From NCBI GenBank assembly GCA_029864735.1, contig JAOTSW010000001.1, positions 1-49,560 on the forward strand: DNA of 49,560 nt. Direction: 5' to 3'. Shown here piece by piece: positions 26,943 to 36,234 of the stretch; position 1 is the first letter of the stretch; each line of letters starts with the position of its first letter. This DNA is from Chromatiales bacterium. Its GTDB lineage: Bacteria; Pseudomonadota; Gammaproteobacteria; Steroidobacterales; BM003. Under the pieces are notes generated by a model. The model ran no database searches, was not told the origin of the DNA, and saw only the letters and a program-made list of their open reading frames with translations. The position numbers and the translations under genes were made by a program.

Positions 26943-28610
26943 CTAACTGTGTATGGGCTTGTAGCGAATCCGGTGAGGACGGTCCGCTTCATCACCCTTG
27001 CGGCGCTTGTAGTCTTCAGCGTAGTCCTGGTAGTTGCCCTCGAACCACACCCCTTCACTGTTGCCTTCAAAGGCCAGGATGTGGGTGGCGATACGATCCA
27101 GGAACCAGCGGTCATGTGAGATCACGACCACGCATCCGGGGAACGCGAGGATAGCGTCCTCCAGGGCTCGCAGGGTTTCCACGTCCAGGTCGTTAGTGGG
27201 CTCATCCAGCAGTAACACGTTGCCGCCAGAGCGCAGAAGCTTGGCCAGGTGCACCCGGTTGCGCTCACCGCCGGAGAGCAATCCCACTTTTTTTTGCTGG
27301 TCGGCGCCTCGGAAGTTGAAATGCCCCACATAGGCCCGTGATGGTGTTTCGTAGCTCCCGACCCTGATGATGTCCTGGCCGTCGGAGATTTCCTCCCACA
27401 CGGTCTTCTCATCGGACAGGGAGTCCCTGCTCTGGTCCACGTAGGCCAGTTGCACGGTTTCACCCAGGCGAATTTCACCGGAATCCGGGGTTTCCTGTCC
27501 CACCAGCATTCGGAACAGGGTGGTCTTGCCGGCGCCGTTGGGTCCAATTACACCCACTATGCCGCCGGGCGGCAGGTTGAAATTCAGTCCGTCCAGCAGC
27601 AAGCGGTCCCCAAAGCTCTTTCGCAGGTCCTTCGCCTGGACCACCACATCGCCCAGGCGGGGGCCGGGGGGGATATAGATTTCATTGGTTTCGTTGCGGC
27701 GCTGGAATTCCTGGGATGCCAATTCCTCGTACTGTTTCAGACGAGCCTTGGACTTGGCCTGTCGGCCCTTGGGGTTGGTGCGAACCCACTCGAGTTCGTG
27801 CTTCATGCTGCGAACCCTTGCGGCTTCCTGCTTTTCTTCCATCTCCAGTCGCTGTTCTTTTTGTTCCAGCCAGGAGGTGTAGTTGCCTTCCCAGGGAATG
27901 CCGTAACCCCGATCAAGTTCCAGGATCCAGCCGGCTACGTTATCCAGGAAGTAGCGATCGTGGGTTACCGCGACAACGGTGCCCGGATAGCTTTCCAGGA
28001 AACGTTCAAGCCATGCCACAGACTCTGCGTCCAGGTGGTTGGTTGGCTCGTCCAGTAACAGCATGTCGGGCTTGGAGAGCAGTAGTTTGCACAGTGCGAC
28101 ACGACGGCGCTCGCCACCGGAGAGCTTGCCTACATCGGCGTCCCAGGGTGGCAGGCGCAGGGCGTCGGCAGCCACTTCCAGGGTGCGTTCCATGCTATGG
28201 CCATCCGCCGCCTCGACGATGTTCTCCAGTTCCGCCTGCTCCTTGGCCAGGGCGTCAAAATCCGCATCCGGTTCCGCGTAGGCTGCGTAGACCTCTTCCA
28301 GGCGGGCAAGGGCTGCGGTGACATCGCCCAGGGCAGCTTCCAGGTTGCCTCGTACATCCTTGGTCTCGTCCAGCTGGGGTTCCTGGGGCAGGTAGCCGAT
28401 CTTGATCCCGGCCTGTGGGCGGGCCTCACCCTCAATCTCGGTATCCAGTCCCGCCATGATGCGCAGCAGGGTGCTCTTCCCCGAGCCATTGAGACCCAGG
28501 ACGCCGATCTTTGCGCCTGGGAAGAAGCTCAGGGAGATATCGCGCAGGATAAAACGCTTGGGCGGCACCACCTTGGCGACGCGATTCATCGTGTAAACGT
28601 ATTGAGCCAT
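26943..28610 (-). CDS. ettA: Energy-dependent translational throttle protein EttA (ABC-F ATPase)
   Basis: The N-terminus is characteristic (MAQYVYTMNRVAKVVPPKRFILRDISLSFFPGAKIGVLGLNGSGKSTLLRIMAG). There are two ABC cassettes (LSGGERRR / LSGGERNR) and the protein is 555 aa. Confidence 0.95.
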   Translation of the reverse strand: MAQYVYTMNRVAKVVPPKRFILRDISLSFFPGAKIGVLGLNGSGKSTLLRIMAGLDTEIEGEARPQAGIKIGYLPQEPQLDETKDVRGNLEAALGDVTAALARLEEVYAAYAEPDADFDALAKEQAELENIVEAADGHSMERTLEVAADALRLPPWDADVGKLSGGERRRVALCKLLLSKPDMLLLDEPTNHLDAESVAWLERFLESYPGTVVAVTHDRYFLDNVAGWILELDRGYGIPWEGNYTSWLEQKEQRLEMEEKQEAARVRSMKHELEWVRTNPKGRQAKSKARLKQYEELASQEFQRRNETNEIYIPPGPRLGDVVVQAKDLRKSFGDRLLLDGLNFNLPPGGIVGVIGPNGAGKTTLFRMLVGQETPDSGEIRLGETVQLAYVDQSRDSLSDEKTVWEEISDGQDIIRVGSYETPSRAYVGHFNFRGADQQKKVGLLSGGERNRVHLAKLLRSGGNVLLLDEPTNDLDVETLRALEDAILAFPGCVVVISHDRWFLDRIATHILAFEGNSEGVWFEGNYQDYAEDYKRRKGDEADRPHRIRYKPIHS

Positions 28611-28838
28611 GGAGTTTCGCTTCCGGAAAAACTGTCAATTATGTATAAGCTATGGGCTCATCACCAGCCTCGTGATCCCCACCCGCGGCTACTGCTGGCC
28701 CCGTTGATGAGGATATTCGTCACTTTGGGGGTTCCCGGGGGACCTCACGGGGCGCTGGCTGCGGTACAATCCCGCCTTTAGCCCATTGACCTTGATGATG
28801 TCCCATCGCCCCCGGGCAGGTGACTACGGAGACTTTGC

Positions 28839-30095
28839 ATGTTCAACCGAGAGATGACCATTGCCGGCTATGACGACGAACTGGCGCAATGCATTGATAA
28901 AGAGCGTATCCGCCAGGAAGAGCATATTGAGCTGATCGCCTCGGAGAACTATGCCAGCCCCCGGGTTATGGAGGCCCAGGGTTCGGTGTTGACCAACAAG
29001 TACGCCGAGGGTTACCCGGGCAAGCGCTATTATGGCGGCTGCGAGTTTGTGGACGTGGCGGAAACCCTGGCCATCGACCGGGTGAAACAGTTGTTCGGCG
29101 CCAGTTACGCCAATGTTCAGCCCCATTCGGGTTCACAGGCCAACGCCGCCGTTTACCTGGCATTGCTGAAGCCGGGTGACACCGTTCTGGGCATGAGTCT
29201 TGCCCATGGCGGTCACCTGACCCATGGCGCCAAGCCCAATTTCTCGGGCCAGATTTTTAATGCCGTGCAGTACGGCGTGAAGCCGGACAACGGTGAAATC
29301 GATTACGACGAGGTGCGTAGCATGGCTCTTGAGCACAAGCCGCGCATGGTCATCGCCGGATTCTCCGCCTATTCACGGGTGGTGGACTGGAAGCGTTTCC
29401 GTGAAATTGCCGATGAAGTGGGCGCCTACCTGATGGTGGACATGGCTCACGTGGCAGGCCTGGTTGCCGCCGGTTTGTACCCGAACCCGGTGCCCTATGC
29501 GGATGTGGTGACCTCGACCACCCACAAGACCCTGCGTGGTCCCCGGGGTGGCGTGATTCTCGCAAGGGAAAACGATGTCATTACCAAGAAGCTGAATTCC
29601 CTGGTCTTCCCGGGCACCCAGGGCGGTCCCCTCATGCACGTCATCGCCGCCAAGGCAGTGGCGTTCAAGGAAGCTTTGCAGCCGGATTTCAGGCAATACC
29701 AGGAGAAGGTGGTCGCCAACGCTCGCAAGATGTGTGAAGTGCTGACCGAACGCGGATACCAGATTGTTTCCGGTGGCACCGATAATCATTTGCTGCTGGT
29801 GAGCCTGGTGGACAAGGCGATTACCGGAAAGGATGCAGACGCTGCGCTGGGGCGCGCCTATATTACGGTGAACAAGAACACGGTTCCCAACGACCCGCGT
29901 TCCCCGTTTGTAACCAGCGGCTTGAGATTGGGTACCCCGGCCATTACCACTCGCGGCTTCGGTGAAGCCGAGGTCGTGCAATTGGCCGGATGGATTTGCG
30001 ACATTCTTGATGACATCGAGAATGATGAACTCAACGATCGGGTGCGTAGCCAGGTACTGGAGCTTTGCTCACGGTTCCCTGTCTACGATTACTAG
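28839..30095 (+). CDS. glyA: Serine hydroxymethyltransferase
   Basis: Canonical SHMT sequence is present, including the PLP-lysine motif [14 protein letters not shown]. The protein is 418 aa. Confidence 0.97.
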   Translation: MFNREMTIAGYDDELAQCIDKERIRQEEHIELIASENYASPRVMEAQGSVLTNKYAEGYPGKRYYGGCEFVDVAETLAIDRVKQLFGASYANVQPHSGSQANAAVYLALLKPGDTVLGMSLAHGGHLTHGAKPNFSGQIFNAVQYGVKPDNGEIDYDEVRSMALEHKPRMVIAGFSAYSRVVDWKRFREIADEVGAYLMVDMAHVAGLVAAGLYPNPVPYADVVTSTTHKTLRGPRGGVILARENDVITKKLNSLVFPGTQGGPLMHVIAAKAVAFKEALQPDFRQYQEKVVANARKMCEVLTERGYQIVSGGTDNHLLLVSLVDKAITGKDADAALGRAYITVNKNTVPNDPRSPFVTSGLRLGTPAITTRGFGEAEVVQLAGWICDILDDIENDELNDRVRSQVLELCSRFPVYDY

Positions 30096-30131
30096 GCCCG
30101 TTTCGGTTTGATCGTGCCCCGGTAAGCTCCC

Positions 30132-30638
30132 ATGCACTGTCCATTCTGCGCTCATGAAGAGACCAAGGTGATCGACTCCCGGTTGACCGGTGAGGGATCA
30201 CAGATCCGTCGCAGGCGGGAATGCCTGGATTGCGGTGAGCGATTCACGACCTTTGAGACTGCCGAGCTTGTGCTGCCCTACGTCGTCAAGCGGGACAACA
30301 CCCGCCAGCCGTTTGACCAGGGCAAGTTGAGAGCCGGAATTACCCGGGCAATGGAAAAACGCCCGGTGGGCAGTGACGAGGTTGAGACGGCGATTAATCA
30401 CATCATTCACAAACTGCGGGTTGCAGGCGAGCGGGAAGTGCCGGCGCGAATGGTGGGTGAGTTGGTCATGGAAGAACTCAGAGCCCTGGATGAGGTTGCC
30501 TATGTGCGATTTGCCTCGGTGTACCGCAGCTTCCAGGACCTGGACGAATTCAGGGACGAGATAGAACGACTAAGAAAGGATCCGGGTTCGGGCAACCGTC
30601 AGCAGTTGCCGTTGCTGCCGGAAAACAAGCGCCGCTAG
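30132..30638 (+). CDS. nrdR: Transcriptional repressor NrdR
   Basis: The N-terminus is [17 protein letters not shown]...[12 protein letters not shown] (zinc ribbon), followed by an ATP-cone. Confidence 0.95.
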   Translation: MHCPFCAHEETKVIDSRLTGEGSQIRRRRECLDCGERFTTFETAELVLPYVVKRDNTRQPFDQGKLRAGITRAMEKRPVGSDEVETAINHIIHKLRVAGEREVPARMVGELVMEELRALDEVAYVRFASVYRSFQDLDEFRDEIERLRKDPGSGNRQQLPLLPENKRR

Positions 30639-30661
30639 GCGCCGGGCGGATCGGTTACTTC

Positions 30662-31759
30662 ATGAATCAGTTCAGCGAACAGGACAGGCAGTTCATGATG
30701 CGGGCCGTGGAATTGGCCCGCAGCGGCCTGTATTCCACCGACCCCAATCCCCGGGTGGGATGTGTGGTGGTGAAGGATGATCGCATCGTGGGCGAAGGCT
30801 GGCACCAGCGTGCCGGCGAGCCACATGCCGAGGTGTTTGCCTTGCAAGCGGCGGGCCAGGCTGCCCGGGGTGCGACAATCTACTTGACCCTTGAGCCCTG
30901 CTCTCATCACGGCCGGACGCCACCTTGCGCCGAAGCCCTGGTGCGGGCTGCACCGGCGCGGGTGGTGGTGGCCAGCACCGATCCAAACCCCAGGGTGAAT
31001 GGCCGGGGACTGGCGATGCTGGAGAACGCGGGGATCATGGTGCAGACCGGCCTCGCACGGGAGCAGGCAGAGGCGTTGAATCCGGGCTTTATCAAGCGCA
31101 TGCGCTGTGGCCGGCCCTGGGTGCGATTGAAGGTTGCTGCCAGCCTGGACGGGCGTACCGCACTGGCGAACGGCGAGAGTAAATGGATTACCGGTGAGGC
31201 TGCCCGGCAGGATGTCCAGCAATGGCGTGCGCGCAGTTCGGCGGTGATTACCGGCAGCGGCACCGTTCTGGCTGACGATCCCGGCCTGGATCAGCGACTG
31301 GACGGGGTGCATAGACAGCCCCTGAGAGTATTGCTGGATAGCGGGTTGCAGACCCCGGCCTCGGCCAAGACCCTGGGCTTGCCCGGCGATGTGCTGGTTT
31401 TTACAGCCGAAGGGACTGACGGTTCGGGTCTGGAGTCAGCCGGGGCGCGGGTTGAGAGCCTGCCGGCAGGTCCGGGCGGGCTTAGCCTGGCGGCTGTTTT
31501 GGACCGCCTGGGTGAGATGGAAATGAATGAGGTTCTGGTGGAAGCCGGCGCTACCCTGGCAGGGCGTTTTGTGTCCGAGGGCCTGGTGGATGAGCTGGTG
31601 GTGTACCTGGCGCCCTGCCTGTTGGGCGATCTTTCCCGGGGAATGTTTGGCCTGGGCCAGATCACAGCGTTATCAGACCGAGTACAATTACGGATTCTAG
31701 ATGTGGCCCGGGTGGGCGAGGATTTGCGCCTCATTTTACGGCCGGACGGGAAAAACTGA
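30662..31759 (+). CDS. ribD: Bifunctional riboflavin biosynthesis protein RibD (pyrimidine deaminase/uracil reductase)
   Basis: The deaminase zinc motifs HAEVFAL and PCSHHGRTPPC are followed by a C-terminal reductase domain. Confidence 0.95.
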   Translation: MNQFSEQDRQFMMRAVELARSGLYSTDPNPRVGCVVVKDDRIVGEGWHQRAGEPHAEVFALQAAGQAARGATIYLTLEPCSHHGRTPPCAEALVRAAPARVVVASTDPNPRVNGRGLAMLENAGIMVQTGLAREQAEALNPGFIKRMRCGRPWVRLKVAASLDGRTALANGESKWITGEAARQDVQQWRARSSAVITGSGTVLADDPGLDQRLDGVHRQPLRVLLDSGLQTPASAKTLGLPGDVLVFTAEGTDGSGLESAGARVESLPAGPGGLSLAAVLDRLGEMEMNEVLVEAGATLAGRFVSEGLVDELVVYLAPCLLGDLSRGMFGLGQITALSDRVQLRILDVARVGEDLRLILRPDGKN

Positions 31760-32406
31760 TGTTTACGGGAATCATCCAGACAATTGGGCATATTGGCGCC
31801 ATGGAATCTCGTGGCGGCGATGTTCGCCTTACTGTGAAGGCCCCGGGGCTGGACTTTTCCAGTTGTGCACTGGGTGACAGCATTGCTGTGAACGGCGTGT
31901 GCCTGACGGCGGTGGAGCTGGGTAGTGATTATTTTGCCGCCGATTGTTCCCGGGAAACCCTTCAGGTCACGACCCTGGGAAATTTGAATCCCTCAGATCC
32001 TGTGAATCTGGAAAAGGCCCTGTGCCTGGGCCAGCCCCTGGGAGGGCACCTGGTGAGTGGCCATGTTGACGGTATTGGTCGACTTGTTCAGCGCAGCGAC
32101 GATGCAAGATCGGTCAGGTTGAGTTTCGAGATGCCCAACAGCTTGGCCAGGTATGTGGCGAAGAAGGGTTCGGTGTGCGTGAACGGTGTCAGTCTTACCG
32201 TCAATTCGGTGGGTGCCAATCGTTTCGATGTAAACATTGTGCCTCACACGCTGGAGGCAACCACCCTGGGGGACATCAAGTCAGGTGACCAGGTAAATCT
32301 CGAGGTAGACCTGGTGGCCCGCTACCTGGAACGACTGGTTATGCCAGAAGGTTCTGAAAGTGGATTGGATTTGAGCAAGCTCCGCGACGCGGGTTTTGTA
32401 CAGTAA
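31759..32406 (+). CDS. ribE: Riboflavin synthase (alpha chain)
   Basis: The N-terminus is MFTGIIQTIGHI and the lumazine-binding repeat is duplicated. The start overlaps the ribD stop (TGATG). Confidence 0.95.
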   Translation: MFTGIIQTIGHIGAMESRGGDVRLTVKAPGLDFSSCALGDSIAVNGVCLTAVELGSDYFAADCSRETLQVTTLGNLNPSDPVNLEKALCLGQPLGGHLVSGHVDGIGRLVQRSDDARSVRLSFEMPNSLARYVAKKGSVCVNGVSLTVNSVGANRFDVNIVPHTLEATTLGDIKSGDQVNLEVDLVARYLERLVMPEGSESGLDLSKLRDAGFVQ

Positions 32407-32440
32407 TTAGTTTCTGTTTTGATCGAATAAAGGAAGAGCT

Positions 32441-33565
32441 TTGAACAATATTCAAGAAGTCCTCGCCGACTACCGGGCTGGCAAAATGGTCATCCTGGTG
32501 GATGATGAGGACAGGGAAAATGAAGGCGATCTTCTGATGGCCGCAGAGATGGTCAGGCCTGAAGATATTAATTTCATGGCGCGATTCGGCCGTGGCCTGA
32601 TCTGCTTGACCCTTACCCGAGATCGCTGCCGTCAACTTCGCCTGCCGTTGATGGTGCGCGAGACCGACCAGGACCAGTCTACCAACTTCACCTTGTCTAT
32701 CGAGGCCGCGGATGGCGTGACCACAGGCATCTCCGCCCACGATCGCGCCCAGACGGTCTTGGCGGCAGTCAGTCCTGATGCAAAGCCCGAGGATATTCGT
32801 CAGCCCGGTCACGTGTTTCCGCTGATGGCCCAGCCAGGCGGCGTGCTTACCCGCGCTGGTCACACGGAGGCGGGTTGCGACCTGGCTCGCATTGCGGGTA
32901 TGAAAGAGCCTGCCTCGGTGATTGTGGAAATTCTCAATGACGACGGCACTATGGCACGTCGTCCGGACCTGGAAAAATTCTCCGAGCAGCACAATATCAA
33001 GATTGGCACGATTGCCGACCTGATTCATTACCGACTTGAGATCGAGAATACTATCGAGCGTATTTCTCACCAGAAGCTGGAAACCGAATTCGGTGAGTTT
33101 GATCTGTATTGCTACGATGACTATGTCCATCGGGATGTGCATCTTGCCCTGGTGAAGGGTGATCCCGGCGCCAAGGATCCGGCCCTGGTGCGGGTTCATG
33201 TGCAAGATACGCTCAGCGACGTGCTGGGCGCCAAGAGCGAAACACTGGGTTGGCCGCTGCGAAGTGCAATGCGCCAGATCGCCGAATCCGAAAGCGGAGT
33301 GGTGGTGATTTTGCGTCCCCCCGAGACACCTCGTCAGTTCATGGATGCGGTTCAGGCACTGGTATCCCAGAGGAAAGCGCCGCGTAAGGACACGGGAGAG
33401 GGCACCCGGGTACTTCGGACCTACGGTACCGGCGCGCAGATACTCAGGGACCTGGGAGTGACCAAGATGCGTGTACTCAGTGCGCCCACCCAGATGCACG
33501 GCATTTCCGGTTTTGGCCTGGAAGTGGTGGAATATGTTGATGAACACAAGCCCAGTGAGGCCTGA
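32441..33565 (+). CDS. ribB: 3,4-dihydroxy-2-butanone-4-phosphate synthase fused to a degenerate GTP-cyclohydrolase-II-like domain (RibBX type)
   Basis: The N-terminal DHBP synthase domain is intact ([11 protein letters not shown]..., [13 protein letters not shown]). In the C-terminal RibA-like half, no Cys appear where the zinc ligands are expected ([20 protein letters not shown]). The TTG start has an AAGGAAGAG SD. Confidence 0.9.
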   Translation: MNNIQEVLADYRAGKMVILVDDEDRENEGDLLMAAEMVRPEDINFMARFGRGLICLTLTRDRCRQLRLPLMVRETDQDQSTNFTLSIEAADGVTTGISAHDRAQTVLAAVSPDAKPEDIRQPGHVFPLMAQPGGVLTRAGHTEAGCDLARIAGMKEPASVIVEILNDDGTMARRPDLEKFSEQHNIKIGTIADLIHYRLEIENTIERISHQKLETEFGEFDLYCYDDYVHRDVHLALVKGDPGAKDPALVRVHVQDTLSDVLGAKSETLGWPLRSAMRQIAESESGVVVILRPPETPRQFMDAVQALVSQRKAPRKDTGEGTRVLRTYGTGAQILRDLGVTKMRVLSAPTQMHGISGFGLEVVEYVDEHKPSEA

Positions 33566-33568
33566 CTG

Positions 33569-34045
33569 ATGGATAAGCTAAAGCAATTTGAAGGTGACTT
33601 GCAGGTACGTGACTTGCGTATTGCCATAGTCGCGTCGCGTTTCAACGAGTTCATTGTGGATAGCCTGGTCAAGGGCGCCATCCGCGCACTGCGCCAACAT
33701 GGCGCCCAGGACAGCGACATTCACCTGGTGCATGTGCCTGGCGCGTTTGAAATGCCCCTGGCTGTAAAACAACTGGCCGCGTCCCGGCGCTATGACGCCA
33801 TTGTGGCGCTTGGTGCGGTGATCCGTGGTTCTACCCCGCATTTTGATTTTGTTGCCAGTGAGTGCACCAAGGGTGTCGCCAGTGCCGGCCTGAGTCACGA
33901 TGTGCCGGTGGGTTTTGGCGTACTGACCGTGGATACCATTGAGCAGGCCGTTGAGCGCGCGGGCACCAAGGCCGGCAACAAGGGCGCTGAGGCGGCCATG
34001 TGTGCCGTTGAAATGGCCAACCTCCTGCGTCAACTGGAGCGCTGA
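33569..34045 (+). CDS. ribH: 6,7-dimethyl-8-ribityllumazine synthase
   Basis: Canonical RibH sequence is present ([12 protein letters not shown]..., [20 protein letters not shown]). Confidence 0.95.
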   Translation: MDKLKQFEGDLQVRDLRIAIVASRFNEFIVDSLVKGAIRALRQHGAQDSDIHLVHVPGAFEMPLAVKQLAASRRYDAIVALGAVIRGSTPHFDFVASECTKGVASAGLSHDVPVGFGVLTVDTIEQAVERAGTKAGNKGAEAAMCAVEMANLLRQLER

Positions 34046-34047
34046 TA

Positions 34048-34605
34048 GTGCCTGACAACAAGGTCAGGCGCGCTCCGTCCGGGCGTAGCAAGGCCCGGGA
34101 ACTGGCCATGTGGGCCCTGTACCAATGGCAGGTGGCAGGCACGGACGAGCGGGAAATCTACAAGCAGTTTCTGCTTGATACCAAGGGTTCGAAACTGAAC
34201 CTGGATTACATCGCCGACCTGGTGGCTGAGTACATCGAGGAGATGGAGCATGCCTCGCTGGACGATTTCAACGCACGGTATTTCTCGGGTGCTGACCCCA
34301 GGTATTTCAAAGAACTTATTTTGAAAATCCCGCCCCTGTCCGATGAATTGGACAGTGTGCTCTCGACCTTTGCCGACCGCCCCATTGATCAGCTTGATCC
34401 CGTGGAGCGCAGTATCCTGATGATAGGAGTCTATGAGCTTCGTGAACGTTTGGATGTTCCTTACCGCGTCGTGATCAACGAGGCGGTGGAGATGGCCAAA
34501 TTTTACGGCGCCGAGGATGGGCACCGCTACGTGAATGCAATGTTGGACAAAGCCGCTGGTGAATTTCGCAAGCTAGAGCAGCAAGCGCCTCGCAAGCCCA
34601 GCTGA
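34048..34605 (+). CDS. nusB: Transcription antitermination factor NusB
   Basis: ARELAMWALYQWQVAG aligns with the E. coli NusB N-terminus. The GTG start at 34048 has GGAG upstream. The C-terminus is extended relative to E. coli. Confidence 0.9.
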   Translation: MPDNKVRRAPSGRSKARELAMWALYQWQVAGTDEREIYKQFLLDTKGSKLNLDYIADLVAEYIEEMEHASLDDFNARYFSGADPRYFKELILKIPPLSDELDSVLSTFADRPIDQLDPVERSILMIGVYELRERLDVPYRVVINEAVEMAKFYGAEDGHRYVNAMLDKAAGEFRKLEQQAPRKPS

Positions 34606-34757
34606 GATTGAGCTAATGCCCCTGGCTCTTCCGGTCGAGCGCGAACACCCGCCTATCTGTCTGTTCAGACATGAAGAATTCGTTCGTGGCAACCGGGTGT
34701 GGGAAACTCCCGGAAACTGGATGGATGCCGCGGGTTGGATATCCGGGGAGTTGCGCC

Positions 34758-35720
34758 TTGAGCGGTCTTAGCGAAAGCCAGGTAATTCAAATTCTTAGTG
34801 AACACGGCGGCGCCCGGCGCACGGACGTGGTGCTGGGCATTGGTGATGATGGGGCGTTGCTCCAGCCGCCCAAAGCTCAGCAACTTGTCCAGGTCGTGGA
34901 CGCCTTGTTCGAGGGAGTGCATTTTCCCGTGGGCATCACCGGCGAGAACCTTGCCTGGCGGGCCTTCGGCGTGAATATCAGCGACATCGCCGCGATGGGT
35001 GCGGAACCGGCCTGGGCGACATTGGTTCTTTCAATGCCGATGGCGGAGGAATCCTGGGTACGATCCTTTGCTCGCGGACTAGGGGACTGCACCCGGGAGT
35101 TCAATATTTCCCTGGTAGGTGGCGACACTGTGCGTGGCCCCCTGGGTGTCTCGGTACAGATCACCGGGTTCGTTCCTCCCGGCCAGGCCTTGCGCCGGCA
35201 GGGAGCGGCTGAGGGTGACGGCATTTATATTACCGGGCGAACCGGCCTGGCTGCAGCGGGATTGGCGTGTATGCAGGGTGAGATTCAGCCTGAGAATGAA
35301 CCCGGGGAGTGGCGCCAGCGATTCCTGCGGCCGGTGCCGCGTTTACGCCAGGGCCGTGACCTCAGGGGTATAGCCAGCGCCTGTCTGGATATATCGGATG
35401 GTTTGCTGCGAGACCTGGGACGCCTGCTTGAGGCGAGTTCAGTGGGCGCAACGGTTTTTCTGCAGCAAATTCCTGGTCTGGATGAGTTGTCTGCCATGCT
35501 GGGTGAGCAGCGGGCGCTGTCACTGTCGCTTACCGGCGGCGACGATTATGAGTTATGTTTCACCGTGCCGCGGGAGCGCGAGGCCCTGTTGGCCGAGGTG
35601 TCACGGAAGTGGTCGTGCGAATGCACCCGGATCGGCGAGATTTCGGGTTCTGAGGGTATTCGCCTGATGAGGGATGAGCGGGAAGTTCCTCTTCCACCCG
35701 CGGGATTTGAGCATTTTTAG
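34758..35720 (+). CDS. thiL: Thiamine-monophosphate kinase
   Basis: The GIGDDGALL motif and the AIR-synthase-like fold are present. The TTG at 34758 has a GGGGAG SD 7 nt upstream and gives 320 aa, with spacing to GIGDD as in E. coli ThiL. The ORF-track start (34671) and the ATG at 34725 remain possible. Confidence 0.85.
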   Translation: MSGLSESQVIQILSEHGGARRTDVVLGIGDDGALLQPPKAQQLVQVVDALFEGVHFPVGITGENLAWRAFGVNISDIAAMGAEPAWATLVLSMPMAEESWVRSFARGLGDCTREFNISLVGGDTVRGPLGVSVQITGFVPPGQALRRQGAAEGDGIYITGRTGLAAAGLACMQGEIQPENEPGEWRQRFLRPVPRLRQGRDLRGIASACLDISDGLLRDLGRLLEASSVGATVFLQQIPGLDELSAMLGEQRALSLSLTGGDDYELCFTVPREREALLAEVSRKWSCECTRIGEISGSEGIRLMRDEREVPLPPAGFEHF

Positions 35721-35722
35721 GC

Positions 35723-36211
35723 ATGAATAAAGCAGTTTCTCCCAAGACAGTATTCACCGATGGCGTGCACTTTCTCGCATTCGGATTTGGCAGTGGCTTG
35801 GCGCCCTGGGCGCCGGGTACCGCCGGCACCCTGGTAGCGGTTTTCCTTGAGTGGCCCATGCGAGCCCAGTCGCTGGAGATTCGCTTGCTGGTGGCCGCGG
35901 CGATGTTTGTTGTGGGCGTCTGGATCTGTGGTGAGAGTGCGCGCAGGCTGGATGCTCATGACCATCCCGGCATCGTCTGGGATGAGTTTGCCGGTTATTT
36001 TCTCACCATGTTGCTGGCGCCCCAGGGCTGGATCTGGAGCCTGGTCGGTTTTGCCCTGTTCCGGTTTTTCGATATCCTCAAGCCTTGGCCAATCCGAGAG
36101 GTTGATCACAGACTGGGCGGCGGAATAGGCATTATGGTTGACGATACTTTAGCGGGAGTGTTCGCAGGGGCCATTTTGTGGGCCATTGCCCAATCACTTG
36201 TTTACCTTTAA
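35723..36211 (+). CDS. pgpA: Phosphatidylglycerophosphatase A
   Basis: PgpA motifs are present (GFGSGLAPWAPGTAGT, DHPGIVWDEFAG, FRFFDILKPWPI). Confidence 0.9.
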   Translation: MNKAVSPKTVFTDGVHFLAFGFGSGLAPWAPGTAGTLVAVFLEWPMRAQSLEIRLLVAAAMFVVGVWICGESARRLDAHDHPGIVWDEFAGYFLTMLLAPQGWIWSLVGFALFRFFDILKPWPIREVDHRLGGGIGIMVDDTLAGVFAGAILWAIAQSLVYL

Positions 36212-36234
36212 CGGATTTTCGAAGAAGTACTAAT

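Noticed and set aside
28611-28838. A possible riboswitch (ZTP/pfl or THF type) in the 228-nt region upstream of glyA.
   Set aside because: CGCCCCCGGGCA only loosely resembles the CCGCCUGGGCA element of ZTP riboswitches. The upstream GACUGGCG-type subdomain is not found in the right order. Covariance-model scanning would be needed, and I do not claim it.
30639-32440. An FMN riboswitch (RFN element) associated with the rib genes.
   Set aside because: The gaps before ribD (23 nt) and ribB(X) (34 nt) are too short to hold an RFN element of about 140 nt, and no RFN-like conserved stretches were seen.
32339-33547. A 402-aa minus-strand ORF antisense to ribB(X). Similar antisense ORFs occur at 30635-31312, 34030-34524, 36778-37395, 39877-40899, 41568-42833, 20672-21496, 25924-26694, 46182-46775, 47238-47903 and 48301-48909.
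   Set aside because: All lie inside strongly supported genes on the other strand and lack motifs, SD sequences or plausible composition.
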